Source: Botryllus schlosseri (lineage: Eukaryota). From it: DNA of 64,000 nucleotides. The notes under the pieces are model-generated. The model had not been told where the DNA came from. It did no database searches and saw nothing but the letters and a program-made list of their open reading frames with translations. The first letter of the stretch is position 1, and every line of letters starts with the position of its first letter. The stretch spans positions 9,734,001-9,798,000 of the forward strand of contig CM119375.1 in the NCBI GenBank assembly GCA_051294905.1, in the 5' to 3' direction. A program made the translations under genes and the position numbers. Positions 27,040 through 39,000 of this stretch are shown here, in pieces.

Positions 27040-27487
27040 CATTGATCCAATCGTACGCCGGGTACCCCCGCTTTGGTTGCCTATCACCTGTTCGTAACTC
27101 GTAACCACCAGCTCAGTGGTCGTAACACACCAGGATTTGCGTAATCTCTAACTTTTTTAAAGGACGGACGTAGTTTATTTTTGTCCTTGATGTTTTTGCG
27201 GCATATACACCGACTCATGATACACATACACACGATCTGCGCATATGCATACCATGAGTACATGATGTGCATATGCCGCTGGACAAGGAAGTACAGATAT
27301 AGCCTTTACAGCTTTCTAAGTCATGCACCACCCCTCCATGCTATTCCAGTAATGCATGAGCGCCAAGCAGGGAAGCCATGGATACCAGTGTTACTAATCA
27401 GGTCTTTGGTCTGACCCGGCCGGGAATCGAACCCACGACCTACCGATCAAGAAGCGGGACGCTTAACCATTACGCTATCTTGTCGGT
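27040..27487 (-). mobile_element. tRNA-derived SINE inside the outer hAT element
   Basis: Minus-strand A box TAGCGTAATGG (27467-27477) and B box GGTTCGATTCC (27423-27433), then GGTCAGACCAAAGAC...CTTCCCTGCTTGGCGCTCA, which resembles conserved central SINE domains. The 3' end is approximate. Confidence 0.75.
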
Positions 27488-27991
27488 CTAACTCTACCAT
27501 GAAATCATAACGCATGCTACTAAGCAGTGGCGGCTCGTGACAATATCGGGTGGTGGGGCAAGGGCTGCAAGCGACTTTTATCAAGATGACGTCACAATGG
27601 CGTTTTCCAACGTAAACAAGTAACTTAATGATGGTACGGTAACATGAATTTCCCGGCAACAGTGATTTTAACGTATGTGCCACGAGAGGTCTGCTGGTGA
27701 GCTGTGACTTGAAGTGTGGTAACTGCGTAAACGGCGTACGGAACAAAGATTCAACACGGTTCATGTTCGCATTAGACCTGACTAATTATCTGCAGAAATG
27801 GAAATGACTATAACTCGAGAGATAGCGTAAGCCTAATTGGAAAGGTCAACGAATTCGGACAGATACGCAATTGTTATCTTATAGATTGGGCCTGTCCTAT
27901 TGAATCCAAAACATCATTCTAAAGAACTAAGAATAGTAGCCTCGGAAATTTGGTCTCGGTAGTCGGTAGTCGGTACAGCATAAGAGATTTT

Positions 27992-28281
27992 GGTCCGTGG
28001 ACATATGAGCTTGCGGCATTACAGCATGCGACACTTCAGCATGCGACAATTTGGCATGCGACACATGAGCAAGTGGGTTAAATTACGGGTTAGGGGTAGG
28101 TTAGGGTTGGATTTAGGTTGGGTTAGGGTTAGGCTTTAGGTTAGGTTAGGCTATGTTTCGGGTTAGGGTAAGTTTTTAGGTTATACAGTCACATGCTGAA
28201 GTGACGCATGCTTATGTGTACCATGCTGAACTGTCGTTTTCCATTGTGTCGCATGCTCAATTGCTCATATGTCGGGCAACC
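27992..28281. mobile_element. 290-bp MITE with an internal telomere-like (TTAGGG-type) tract
   Basis: GG...CC termini with imperfect TIR (GGTCCGTGGACATATGAGC / GCTCATATGTCGGGCAACC). 8-bp TSD gagatttt. CAGCATGCGACA subterminal repeats. Degenerate GGTTAG(G) tract at about 28075-28185. Confidence 0.75.
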
Positions 28282-28906
28282 GAGATTTTGGCCTTGAAAC
28301 TGGAGACTGTAACACGACACATACGTTTTTATTACTGTCTTATAAGTCTGCTGCGAAATCGCCTTTGGAAAATATATTACCGAATAAATACGTGGATGAA
28401 AGCCTTAAACTTGGTACACTGTTACATGACATTATCGAGAAGTGGCCTCATGGCCCTTTTCGGTATGGTACACTGTCAAAATTAATGCGAACAGACCAAC
28501 ACCGAATTTTGCGTAAAATTTACTGAGGAATAGGCTGATCAAGTGATCAGCTGTTAGCCGCCATCGAAAACGAAATAACTATCGCGCTTGACAGGGGGTT
28601 GTAAGCAAATGGCTTGAAGGCCACAATTTCACGGTGAAATTGACATTGGAGAATATAATATCAAAGTAAATATTTGAATGCAAACTGAGAATGATATCAT
28701 CATCTCTGTTAACGTTACCGCAGATACACCGGCTTTTGCGTGAAATCCGCAATGTGTTGTAGGCTAAAGTGTCAGATCGGAGCACATCTTTACCACACTC
28801 GACCTTGATAACGAAATTACTGCCCTAATCATTGAGTGTCAACCTTGAGACTTGGCACAGCGTTCGATACTAAAATCAAGACATACCGTGCAAAAGCTTA
28901 TGACGG

Positions 28907-29094
28907 ATCTAGGTAAGGAGCATCGTTAAAATCAATAGAGACCAATACCGGCTTTGCGTATAATCTGTTAGCGATAAATGACTAGTCAGCTCTCACTCGA
29001 ATCTAGGTAAGGAGCATCGTTAAAATCAATAGAGACCAATACCGGCTTTGCGTATAATCTGTTAGCGATAAATGACTAGTCAGCTCTCACTCGA
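28907..29094. repeat. 94-bp direct tandem duplication
   Basis: atctaggtaaggagc...ctctcactcga occurs at 28907-29000 and again at 29001-29094, identical by eye. Confidence 0.85.
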
Positions 29095-31074
29095 AGCCAA
29101 ATTACCACTAACACAGTTCAGTGACAAACTTAAAACTTGGTACAGCGTTCGATACTAAATGTCATAACCGATCTCGGTATTGAACATCGTCAAAACCAAT
29201 GGATACCAATACCGGCTTTTGAGTAAAATCTGTTTGCGATACATGACGGATCAGCACACACTCAACTTCGGAAACGGAATTATTACCCTAAACTTTAAGT
29301 TGAAACCCTGAAACTTGTGGAAGTGTTAAATACCACCATCACGACATGACAGAACAAGTTTCAAGAGTTTTCATGGTGTGAAACCCCATTAAAATCGACC
29401 TATACCAACAAAGGTCGACTAAACGCATATGACGGTAACAGAGTTCAGCTATAGATACGATTGTTACATCACACCTTAAGGGCACAGAGCTATCGTGCCC
29501 CGGTTGCTCGGTAATTTTATGAATAGGAGAGAGTAAATCACCGTTTCTTTATTGTGCGCGGCTTTGAGAGAATAGACAGTGAAAGCTTGTTATGAGCGCT
29601 ACCGGGGCAAGCCCCGGCTAGGCATTCGCAAAGCGAAAACACAGAAGAGAATTCGATTTTCGCAGAGACTTCGCTATATATGGGCATTTACAAGCGAAAG
29701 GACAAGAAGTAGGCTATACGATTTTCGCTGTGATTTCGGTTTATATAGATAGGTGTGCGTCTATAAATGGTGAAGAATTGTTATTGAACAGAATTTTAGG
29801 TGGGGCAATGCCCCAGTTGCCCTATAGGACGAGCCGCCACTGCTACTAAGGATGACCTGATAATTGATTCGTGGCATAGGGACGATTCTTAGTTCACGTA
29901 CATTATGTAAAATAATCCTTTGATTAAAAAAAAACGAATAAAACATTTGTTACCACACTTCAAGTCACGGCTCACCGGCAAACCTCTCGCGGCACCTACG
30001 TTAAAATCACTGTTGTCGGGAAATTCATGTGACCATCATATTAAAGTTACTTTTTAACGTTGGAAAACGCCATTGTGACGTCATGTTGATAAAAGTCGCT
30101 CGCAGCCCTTGCCCCACCGCCCGATATTGTCACGAGCCGCCACTGGGTCGATGTATGTGTGAATTAAAGAGATATACCTTCAGCCACGTATGAAAATACC
30201 GGTGAATAATTCAACATCTAGTACGTGAGGTATACAGATGTGGTAAAGATACGTAGCGTATCTTAATGCCCATAGAACGTACAGGAATCTTTGGCTATAT
30301 AGGTGGAGTCAGTGTTGACTTTTATGGAAATCTGGAAGTTACAGCCCCAACATGGAATACGTGACGTTCACGTGGATATCCCAAGGACGGGCGTAATTAA
30401 AATTGATCAGAGGTGGATTTATGAAGTAGTCACCGGAGGCACTCAAGTATAGCCTACAAGCAGTGTCGTAACTTCCAGGCAAATTGAAATAAGACGCAGA
30501 TATTTAGAAAATGAGATGAATGTACTAGAAATTAGGACGAATTGGCGCATAATTTTATCAGTCAATCGCGGATGAAAACATACAATTTTGCAAAATATTC
30601 GATATACTACATCTTTGTGAACACTGCGACGCATGAAAATGGTTCCTGTTATTGCTATACAGAGACTGCTGTGCCGTATTCAGGTTGTTTCGGCGATTTT
30701 ACTCGTTGTCCTCCTTTTTCAAGAAATCCTCCATGTCCTCCGAGGACAGTCAAATATCCTCCTTTTTCGCAATTCGTCCTCAGCATTCATAGCTTTTTGA
30801 GAGTCGGGCGATCGTGAAGAGACCACTAAAAAATTCCATAACAGCCGTGGAATCAGGATTGCGACGGCAAGATTGACTGAAAAAAAGGTAAACTCTACCG
30901 ATTTATGCGTGGAGACGGCTTTCAGGAGTCGAGTCGGAAATATGGACATTCGAGTGGGTCAAAGATGAGCATTTTTTAGTCAACTCAAAAACATTTCCAG
31001 TAAATATTGCAAAATCGGCTGTTTTCAGTTTCCATCTATTACCTTTTTTGATTTGGTAAAACTGTCCTCTGGAT

Positions 31075-31370
31075 TTGGTTTATTAGCAATTTTTATCAGT
31101 TCAATACGCCACAAAAATTGCGATAAAATGACAAGGAAGAAATCGAAACGACTTGGAGTATATAGTCTTTGAAATCAGACACCGACCTATTGGCCGTGAC
31201 GATGTAAAGACGAGGAGGCATGCACACTTAATGAAAAATAAAAGAAGATATTAGAGAAAAGCAATAAGTGACAAAAATGGAGTCACACGTCACGGAAGGC
31301 GAGATGTATAGGCCAGGTCGTGGTCCGGTAATCTTGAGGGAGGCCAGCTAGTATTAGTAGAAATTGCGCT
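31075..31370 (-). mobile_element. Isolated 3' UTR of the CR1/L2-group LINE family
   Basis: Homologous to 58850-59100 (GGTTTATTAGCAATT, GAGGCATGCACAC, GTGGTCCGGTAATCTTGAGG). Confidence 0.75.
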
Positions 31371-31461
31371 TTCGCGATTACAAAATATGGTAACCCTATA
31401 TTTACATATTTACATAATTATCTGTGCAGCTTTCATCTGACCATTTTGGAGTAATAAAACT

Positions 31462-32447
31462 CAGTGTTGGGATGACTCGAGTCATGACTTGACTCGAGTC
31501 AGACTCGAGTCACTTTTTCGTATGACTTGACTTGACTCGAGTCACTTTGCTAAAATGACTTGACTTGACTTGACTCGGCGTATCAGAAATGTGGATTGAC
31601 TCGTGACTCGGAGCAAAATTCACGAGTCAATTTCAAGTCATCAAGTAATCGCTGTCGATAAAATTCACTGTATCTTGCATATGTTCGGATTGTTCGCGCA
31701 ACGCTGGTGTGACCCGTGAGAGCGACCAGTCATTCAATGATCGTGCGTTGTACGGAGTCTCCATTGTTTTCTCTAAAATATACTGATCGCAAAGGAAGTT
31801 ATCGAAGCTTACAGCCTACGTTGTCGTAAACTATAGTATAGTTAAGTAATTTATTAGCAAAATGTCTATTTTTGTTGTGTTCTTAACTTAACCAAACCAC
31901 TCGTTTCATTGAAATTGAATTCGAAAATAGTTTATATAGTCCTCAGCCATTGGAGCAGGCTCGAATTGTATCATATCAATTTGCAAAAGGGTAATGCATA
32001 GCATCTTGTCAATTCGTTTCTCTATATTCTCTATTTTGGCTGGTAACTATAAACTGAGGCTGTGCATTACTTATACGTAGTTTATTAGTTCTACACTTCT
32101 ACTTCTATGTGAACGATACATCGCTTTAATCGCGTGTATATTTAACTCTATATCCCTTCATTGGCTCAAATTCAAAGACCACTCAATCTGTATTTCAGAC
32201 TGCTAGCAAAGTACAATGACGTAATCACGCCTCATACCTCGAAAAGACAATTTGACTTGAATTGTGACTTGACTCGTGACTTGACTTGACTTGACTCGAC
32301 TTGACTCGAGTCACCTCCAAAAATCGACTGACTTGACTTGACTCGAGTCACCTTCGAAAATCGATTGACTTGACTTGACTCGAGTCAAAATGTGCAATGA
32401 CTCGAAATGACTCGTGACTCGAAGGTAGTGACTTGATCCCAACACTG
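31462..32447. mobile_element. MITE with GACTT/GACTCGAGTC arrays
   Basis: TIR CAGTGTTGGGAT...ATCCCAACACTG. Same subterminal arrays as 12387-12993. TSD not clean. Confidence 0.7.
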
Positions 32448-32496
32448 AAAAACTATACATAACTAACCTACGGAGGTTATAGTTATCTAAGTTAGT

Positions 32497-32865
32497 TAGG
32501 GTTACCATACGTCCACCTTTAGGAGGATCTGTCCTCCTTTTTCAGGTTTTTGAAAATGTCCTCCAAGGACGCCTAATGTCCTCCTTTTTAGCAATTCGCC
32601 CTCCTTTACAGCTTTTAGAGCTAAGATAGTGGATATATTCGAGTGAATACAGGCATAAATGACGCTGAATAGGAAATTCGTGGTTCGAACGAAAGCAATG
32701 ATATATATATATATATCATTGAACGAAAGTGACAACTTTTTTTAAGCAGCCGACCACGAAGTGGGAAAAAAATTTACCATTTTTCACGATTTTTTTCAGG
32801 CATTCTAAGTTTGAAGATTTTGAAAAAGTGTCATTTTTTCCCGATTCGAAAATATGGTAACCCTC
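32497..32865. mobile_element. hAT MITE (TAGGGTTACCA family)
   Basis: Termini TAGGGTTACCATA...TATGGTAACCCTC. TSD aagttagt / aggttagt. Confidence 0.75.
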
Positions 32866-33183
32866 AGGTTAGTTATCTATTATGATAACAAAACAGCCCC
32901 TAAGCACTAAGCAGGGATTTCTGAACTCGCCGGAGGCGATATTAACTGGTGCAAAATATTGTTCGTGTGCAAAACGTATGGTGTCCTGCACTGCCAGCCA
33001 GTATTCTGTAGTTTTAATTCACTATTATATCTCAGCACTCGGATATATATTATATGTTTATGACACTTCCTTTCTAATTGCCATGCCTCAATGGTTTTTC
33101 GCTATCTAATCATTCATGCATTGACGCCACTGTTACGGCGCTTACCGGTAATCCGGACATCCGGTATATGATGCTGACTCCTG

Positions 33184-33480
33184 TTGCAGGTTGCCAAAGC
33201 CAAAGCCATTGAACGGCAATATGAAATGCCGACGGGTGTTGGTGGAATGTTGGCTGTGGAGAAGCTATATGAGTTTTTCGGGTGGGAGATTGTGAATTCA
33301 TTCATAGGTCATTGGTTACGTACGATGTTTGTCATGGGTATAGTTAGTGACGGCCGGCGGTTCCTGTACGGTACAGGCTGTACCGGATACTTTCACAAGA
33401 CAAGCAAGATGTGGATTATAGAAATACACAATGCAGATCGTGCCATAAACCGTAATAAGGACTGGGATGAATATCGTTGA
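33184..33480 (+). pseudogene. Possible eroded Gypsy integrase relic
   Basis: The ORF contains IVSDGRRF and NKDWDEY, loosely like integrase core IVSDxGxQF and DWDxYL. No other support. Confidence 0.25.
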
Positions 33481-33940
33481 GTCAGAATCAGGTCACCAGC
33501 CTAACAGTAACAGAAATGGTTTGATAGTGACTGGTAGGGCTATCAATATAAGTTTGAGAATACTATAAGCTGCTCCTTATCTTATCGTGTGACTCGTGAC
33601 AACAAACGATCATCAATATAGCCAGATTTGTACTGGTAAATAGTTGAAAACGAGAAAACCCATATTACAACTAGTCAACTAACTACAAGTACGATTTACA
33701 ATTCACTAGCCTACTCTTATTAGAGTCCTAGTCAACAACGCTGTCAACGAAGAATCAATAAATTATTCATATGTCAATAAATTGCTGTGTGTTAATGGTA
33801 GTGGTAAGCTCTATAACTTGTATCAACTAATTTGACTTTGAATTTGAGGTATAATACAAATGAATTATCGGTACGGTATGTATTCTAGTTTTCAAGTGTG
33901 AGCGATTTACTCACTGCAATTTCAGTTATATAATTGTGAC

Positions 33941-35446
33941 CAATGTTCCCTCTAATTTTTCACGAGTCTGCGCAAACACGCCAACTCACTGCGCAGGCTC
34001 GTGGACCACAGTGCGCAACCAGGCCCCCCATGGAGTGATATACTGAACTTCTGGGGGGCTTCGCCCCCCAGACCCCCCTTCGGGCTGTACGATTTCTGCC
34101 GGTACTTATCATCTGCATTGTGGTTGCGTCGCCTAAAAGCGCGAAGCGCGAAAGATTTATATGATTCATGACTGAATCGGTCAATATGATCGGGAATTGC
34201 ATATATATATTGCTATCAATTTTTATCCTCTTTCTGCTCACATAATCAGGTTTACTGGTAGAGTTGATCAAGTGAGGTGTGTTGGAAAAGGTAGGCCCTC
34301 TAAATAATAATATAACTTCTTCGGGCGTACTAGTTGGTATATTGACTTCATTACATGATGCCATTTCGTGACCTTCTATCTACTTTATCAAAAGATATTG
34401 GAATAGGCCAAACGTACTAAACTAGAAGACGCACACGATTTCAAATTGATATTTCTTTATTAGCAAATAATGTTCCTTCGATATGGCATTTCTCTTGTTG
34501 TGGGACTCGGATTGCCAGGTCAGAAACATTTGGCGCCAGCTATTTAGGCGCATATGAACAATTAAAAGTATGTATATATATCGAAGTACATCGAAGTTGT
34601 CGGTCAGCACAAGGGCAATCCTTTTAGGCCAAGGTTTTCTCACTGCTGATCGTTCTGGCGCACTTCTCGGAATCGCATGTTACATAGCCTAAACTTCATA
34701 TGTCTTGGTGCGTCGTGGCGCGGTAATAGCCGACGCCCAAGTGCCCATTTCTATAAATCACGTGTATTTTTTGTTGAGGAAAGGGTACCCAATAATAAAA
34801 TATTCAACAACATTAAATCGCGCACAGCGCGAATTTTTTTTAAAAAGTTTAAAAAAATACATCTTGATTTATGTTAATTTACAAAATAATTTTGGGCCCC
34901 CTTCGAGCTCGGCCCTCCAATCGGGGGTTTGGGGTGCTGCAGTTACGGTCCTGAGTATATCTTACGCAATGTTCAAGCCACGCGGAGAATAATATTTGTT
35001 AGTTTCTCGCAGATTAACTTCGAGCTAGCCCATTGTTATTTATAACTTTGTTAAACCATGTTATTTCGCCATTCCCAAAAAATAATGCGCTATTGAAATG
35101 ATATCGGTATCACTCACGCGTACGAGACCATACTAAAAGAAAAATCTCTTTCGTGGGGCGCACGTGATCGCAAATTCTCATTTCTTCATGGAGCGCAGTA
35201 TTTACCTTTGCGGGTCGCACTTGTACCTCGGTTTGAGACTTCAGTGATAACACTATTTGCCCCTGGCAATGTTTCCTCTAATTTTTTCACGAGTCTGAGC
35301 GCCTGCGTGGTCCATTGGACAACAGTGCGCAACGACTAAAAAAAAACATCACTTCGGATTTTTTGTGCGCAGCTTAGATTTTCTGTGCGCAGAGACCGTT
35401 TCAGCACTGCGCATTTGCGCACGTGCGCAGCTTAGAGGGAACATTG
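33941..35446. mobile_element. Composite hAT element with two left ends
   Basis: TIR CAATGTTCCCTCTA...TAGAGGGAACATTG. Perfect TSD attgtgac (33933-33940, 35447-35454). A second left end lies at 35267. Contains a copy of the 11271-12254 family. Confidence 0.8.
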
Positions 35447-36005
35447 ATTGTGACCCTGACCAGAGAGCCATATGGGATTACAGCTATTTCAGGATACATT
35501 GATTTCGATTTTAACAGGTCTGTAATGAATATTAATACTTTATGAAGTTGATAAATATATAACTTCACCCATCATTGCTGGTTAAGATTTTTTAGAAATT
35601 TTGAAAACTTCAGTTACGCTTTATTTCTATGGCGATTTAAACGTGCTTAGACTGTGATTGAATTGAAAGTGCAAGTTCTTCAGCTATGTATAGTTGTAGG
35701 TGTAGGTGTAGCATACCACATTTTATGTATCACAATATTATTGTATAAAAACTGTGAGGTATAGAGCATGCAGCAAACAGGATGTCATCGATTTGCAATT
35801 AAATTTGCAATTGAATGGAGTTCCATCCGTTTTGTTTGTTGTATTTCAGTGTTTATTGATGAAAGTAGTCAAGTACTATAGGCTAGTGTACATGTGCATA
35901 AGTTATATCAGCTGAAGTTGACTTGATCATCAACTAAAGATAACTCTACAATGCGTTCAGTTCATTGAATTGAGCATCGGCTAGTGTTCATATTGAAACT
36001 GAATC

Positions 36006-39000
36006 ATGGAAAAACTGATCAAGTCCGTCAACAACATCAAGCTGTATTACGCCAGCGAAGAGGATGATCCAGATAAAGAAACACTGCCAGTTTCAACTAA
36101 AAACGAAAGGCAGGAATGCTGCAAAACGATGACAGAAACAGTTCTGTCGAATGCCATCAAGACGAATTCCGACTATCCCACATATTTAGGGATAACGCTA
36201 GAGACGCTGCTTCTGTGCTGCAAAGATGCCGAGGCAGACGTTCGCATCGCCGCTGAAGAGTCAATCAATCGCATCATCAATGGCACGGAGGAATCCCATT
36301 TCAGCAAGGTACTCATTGAGTTTTATAAAGAAATCAAACGGAATGGATCCAGCAGAAGCTTACGAGCAGCCTTGTCACGCTTCTCCAACCTAGCTCACCG
36401 CATACGGCCAAGCAAATGTCGTCCGTATATCATGGGGTTGATTCCGGTGTTTATTCAAATTTGTTCCCGTGAAGACGAAGGTATCCAGGAATGCTTATCA
36501 ATTTCAATTGCGAAAATTTTCTCTCTTATCGGATCGTTTGCGTCTGAAACCGAAGTGAAAGATTTAATCAACGCTTCCAAGAAGAATCTATCTCACAATT
36601 CAGCGGCGATAAGGAGAAACGCAGCCTCTTGCATTTTTGAGGTGGTGAATAACTGCAATAAAAGAAATGAGATCTTGTCAAGCACTCTGTCCGATTTGTT
36701 GAGTCTTTTCTGTGATACAGTCAAAGAAACTAACCACGCGCTGGGTGTAATTACGACACTTCGACACCTTGTCCCAATTATCGCGACACAAGATACAAGC
36801 GATATCCGACGTACCGGGAGTTTTGGGTCAGAAACCAACGCCAGTTTCAATGTATCATTTGAGTCGCTGGTTGTCAATATATATGAACTGTGTTTGCGTC
36901 TTTTGCATTCGGAAGATCAAAATATCATTACTGCATCGTTGGAGACTATGCAGGCTCTGCTCAGGCTCCCTTGTGATCTGCTGAGGAAATTGCTAGTGCA
37001 CGAGGCGTTACCGGAGACTCAATTTTCCAAAGATGTAGCACGGCATATTCTACCCGAGATGGCAATTTCACCGTCAGAAATGAAAAATTCACAAGACCAA
37101 CAAAACAAAGTGATTTCATCCGTACAAATCTCTGAGCAGACCCTGGAATCTGTTGATCGGAGTGAGGAAGACATTGAAATTCCAGAAAATCTGTCTGGCT
37201 CGAATTTACCAGGACCCGATGACACTGAGATGGCGCTTTGTCCTTTGAATGATCTGACACGACTCCTTTGTGAAAAAGTTCTGCAAATCGGCGTGGAAAC
37301 TAATAAACATGTGAGAGTCAGTGCGAAAAGCTTAGCTCTTTCCTGCGTCGGCACCATCCTAAAAATTCGACCGGAAATGATGTTCGTTAAGGTCAACAGT
37401 AAAAGCGAGTTGAAGGTTCAAGAGGTTATGACCTTTGGTAATTTTTACGATCCGCAAATTCGCGGGTGCGTCTTGTTGTTGATCAGCCAATACCTTGATT
37501 CCGCCCTCACAACTTCGAAAGGTGACTACATGAGCTGGGTTGATAGCGGAGATAGTACTATTTCTATCGATGGACTTGTTGATGACATCCGTATCGGTAT
37601 GATGGACGAATCTACGGTTTGCGTACGGGCCGCGATTCAGGCCGCATCTACATGCCTGCAGTCACTCCGGTGGACTGACTTTGCCCATCTTGGTGTGAAG
37701 TTAATGGAGCAGCTGCTTATTTTGACCAATTCATCTTATTGGCTTGTTAAAGTGGACGTACTGGATGCGTTAAGCGATGTCAACATCCGGGAGATACTCT
37801 TTCCGCGTGAGACTTCACACGATATGAAAGCGTCAAATAATTACGATTTGCTGTCTACTCTTTGTGACGAAATAACGCAGGCCGGATTCAATGCGCTCGG
37901 AGATAAGGACAGTCGAGTCAGGAAATCCGCCTCGACAATGCTGGTGAAGAGTGTGGGGCAGAAAGGTTTTGTTATCAGCGCGGTAAAATGTGACATGGCC
38001 ACTTCGCAAATCGCGGAAGTTTGCGGTAAATTTCTAATAACGGAAGGGTCTTCCGACGACCAATCTCCGAAGGCTTCTGCGAAAAGTCTGTTGAAAACTT
38101 ACAGAGGATTTGAGGTTTCGAACGAGGTGTCTTACGTCGCTCACAATCTATCGTCTTTGGTCGGTAAGGTTTCGGAATTATTGTCGTTCTCAACTTCCAA
38201 GCATCTGGTACAAGGCTGCATTCAAGTTCTTCTGACTCTGTCCACGGAGTACGCCATATCAAAACATCCCGCGTCCTACGACTGTCACTTTTGCACCGAT
38301 CCAAAATTGCACGAAGAACGGCAACAAACCGGCTTGTTAACGACACTGTTGTCTTTGATAGATTCTCACTGGCCGCCATTGGATATAGGGGCCTACGCCA
38401 ATGCCGTAACGCTAGCTGGGAATTATATAGCAGGAATCGCTTGTCACGGGTTTCAAATAGTAGGCGCTAACCCGAAATTGACAGGGTCCGATAGTCTTCT
38501 CGCTGCCAAAGGTGCGAATCCGGAAATCGCAACGTCTCTGTCGGCGTTCAAAGATCAGAAAATCGGAGCGCTCGCGTTACGTTTTTTCACGCATATCGCG
38601 AAACTTTTGTCGATGCTCCATCACGTCATCTCAAACTCGGCACCTTCTTTACCCAATAAAAGCGTGTTGCAAACCCTACAGTCCGGAACTCTACCCGGTA
38701 ATTTGAAGAAGAAGGATAAAGGCGACACCAAAGAGATAGCCGGGGTTTCTAAGACGCACAAGAAAACTTCTTCGACCGGGAAAGCAACTCAGGATGACAA
38801 TGAAAAACCAGCTAAAAACGCGCACGCTCTCATTTTCAGCTTCGCGCACTCCAGAGTACACATGAGACTGTACGATACGCTGTTAGGCGCGTACGAAACC
38901 TACAAGACCACGCTCGACATCGACGAAGTCGACAAATTCTCGCTGTTTCTCGGCACGGTGCTGGACGCTTTCAGTCAACTCTTGGAAATTATCACATTCG

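Larger units (their letters stand above)
27525..29842 (-). mobile_element. Second copy of the same hAT family, inserted in inverted orientation into the first
   Basis: Same TIRs. Perfect TSD ctactaag (27517-27524, 29843-29850). The body is the diverged reverse complement of the outer copy. Confidence 0.85.
25215..30145 (+). mobile_element. Non-autonomous hAT element (outer copy, about 2.6 kb without the nested copy)
   Basis: 14-bp TIR CAGTGGCGGCTCGT...ACGAGCCGCCACTG. Perfect TSD ggtcgatg (25207-25214, 30146-30153). Confidence 0.85.

Noticed and set aside
28075-28185. True telomere or chromosome-fusion scar
   Set aside because: The tract is short, degenerate and enclosed by TIRs and a TSD, so it belongs to a MITE.
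33960-34364. 134-aa ORF and similar ORFs at 11711-12030
   Set aside because: They lie within copies of a repeat family, and the frame is not conserved between copies.
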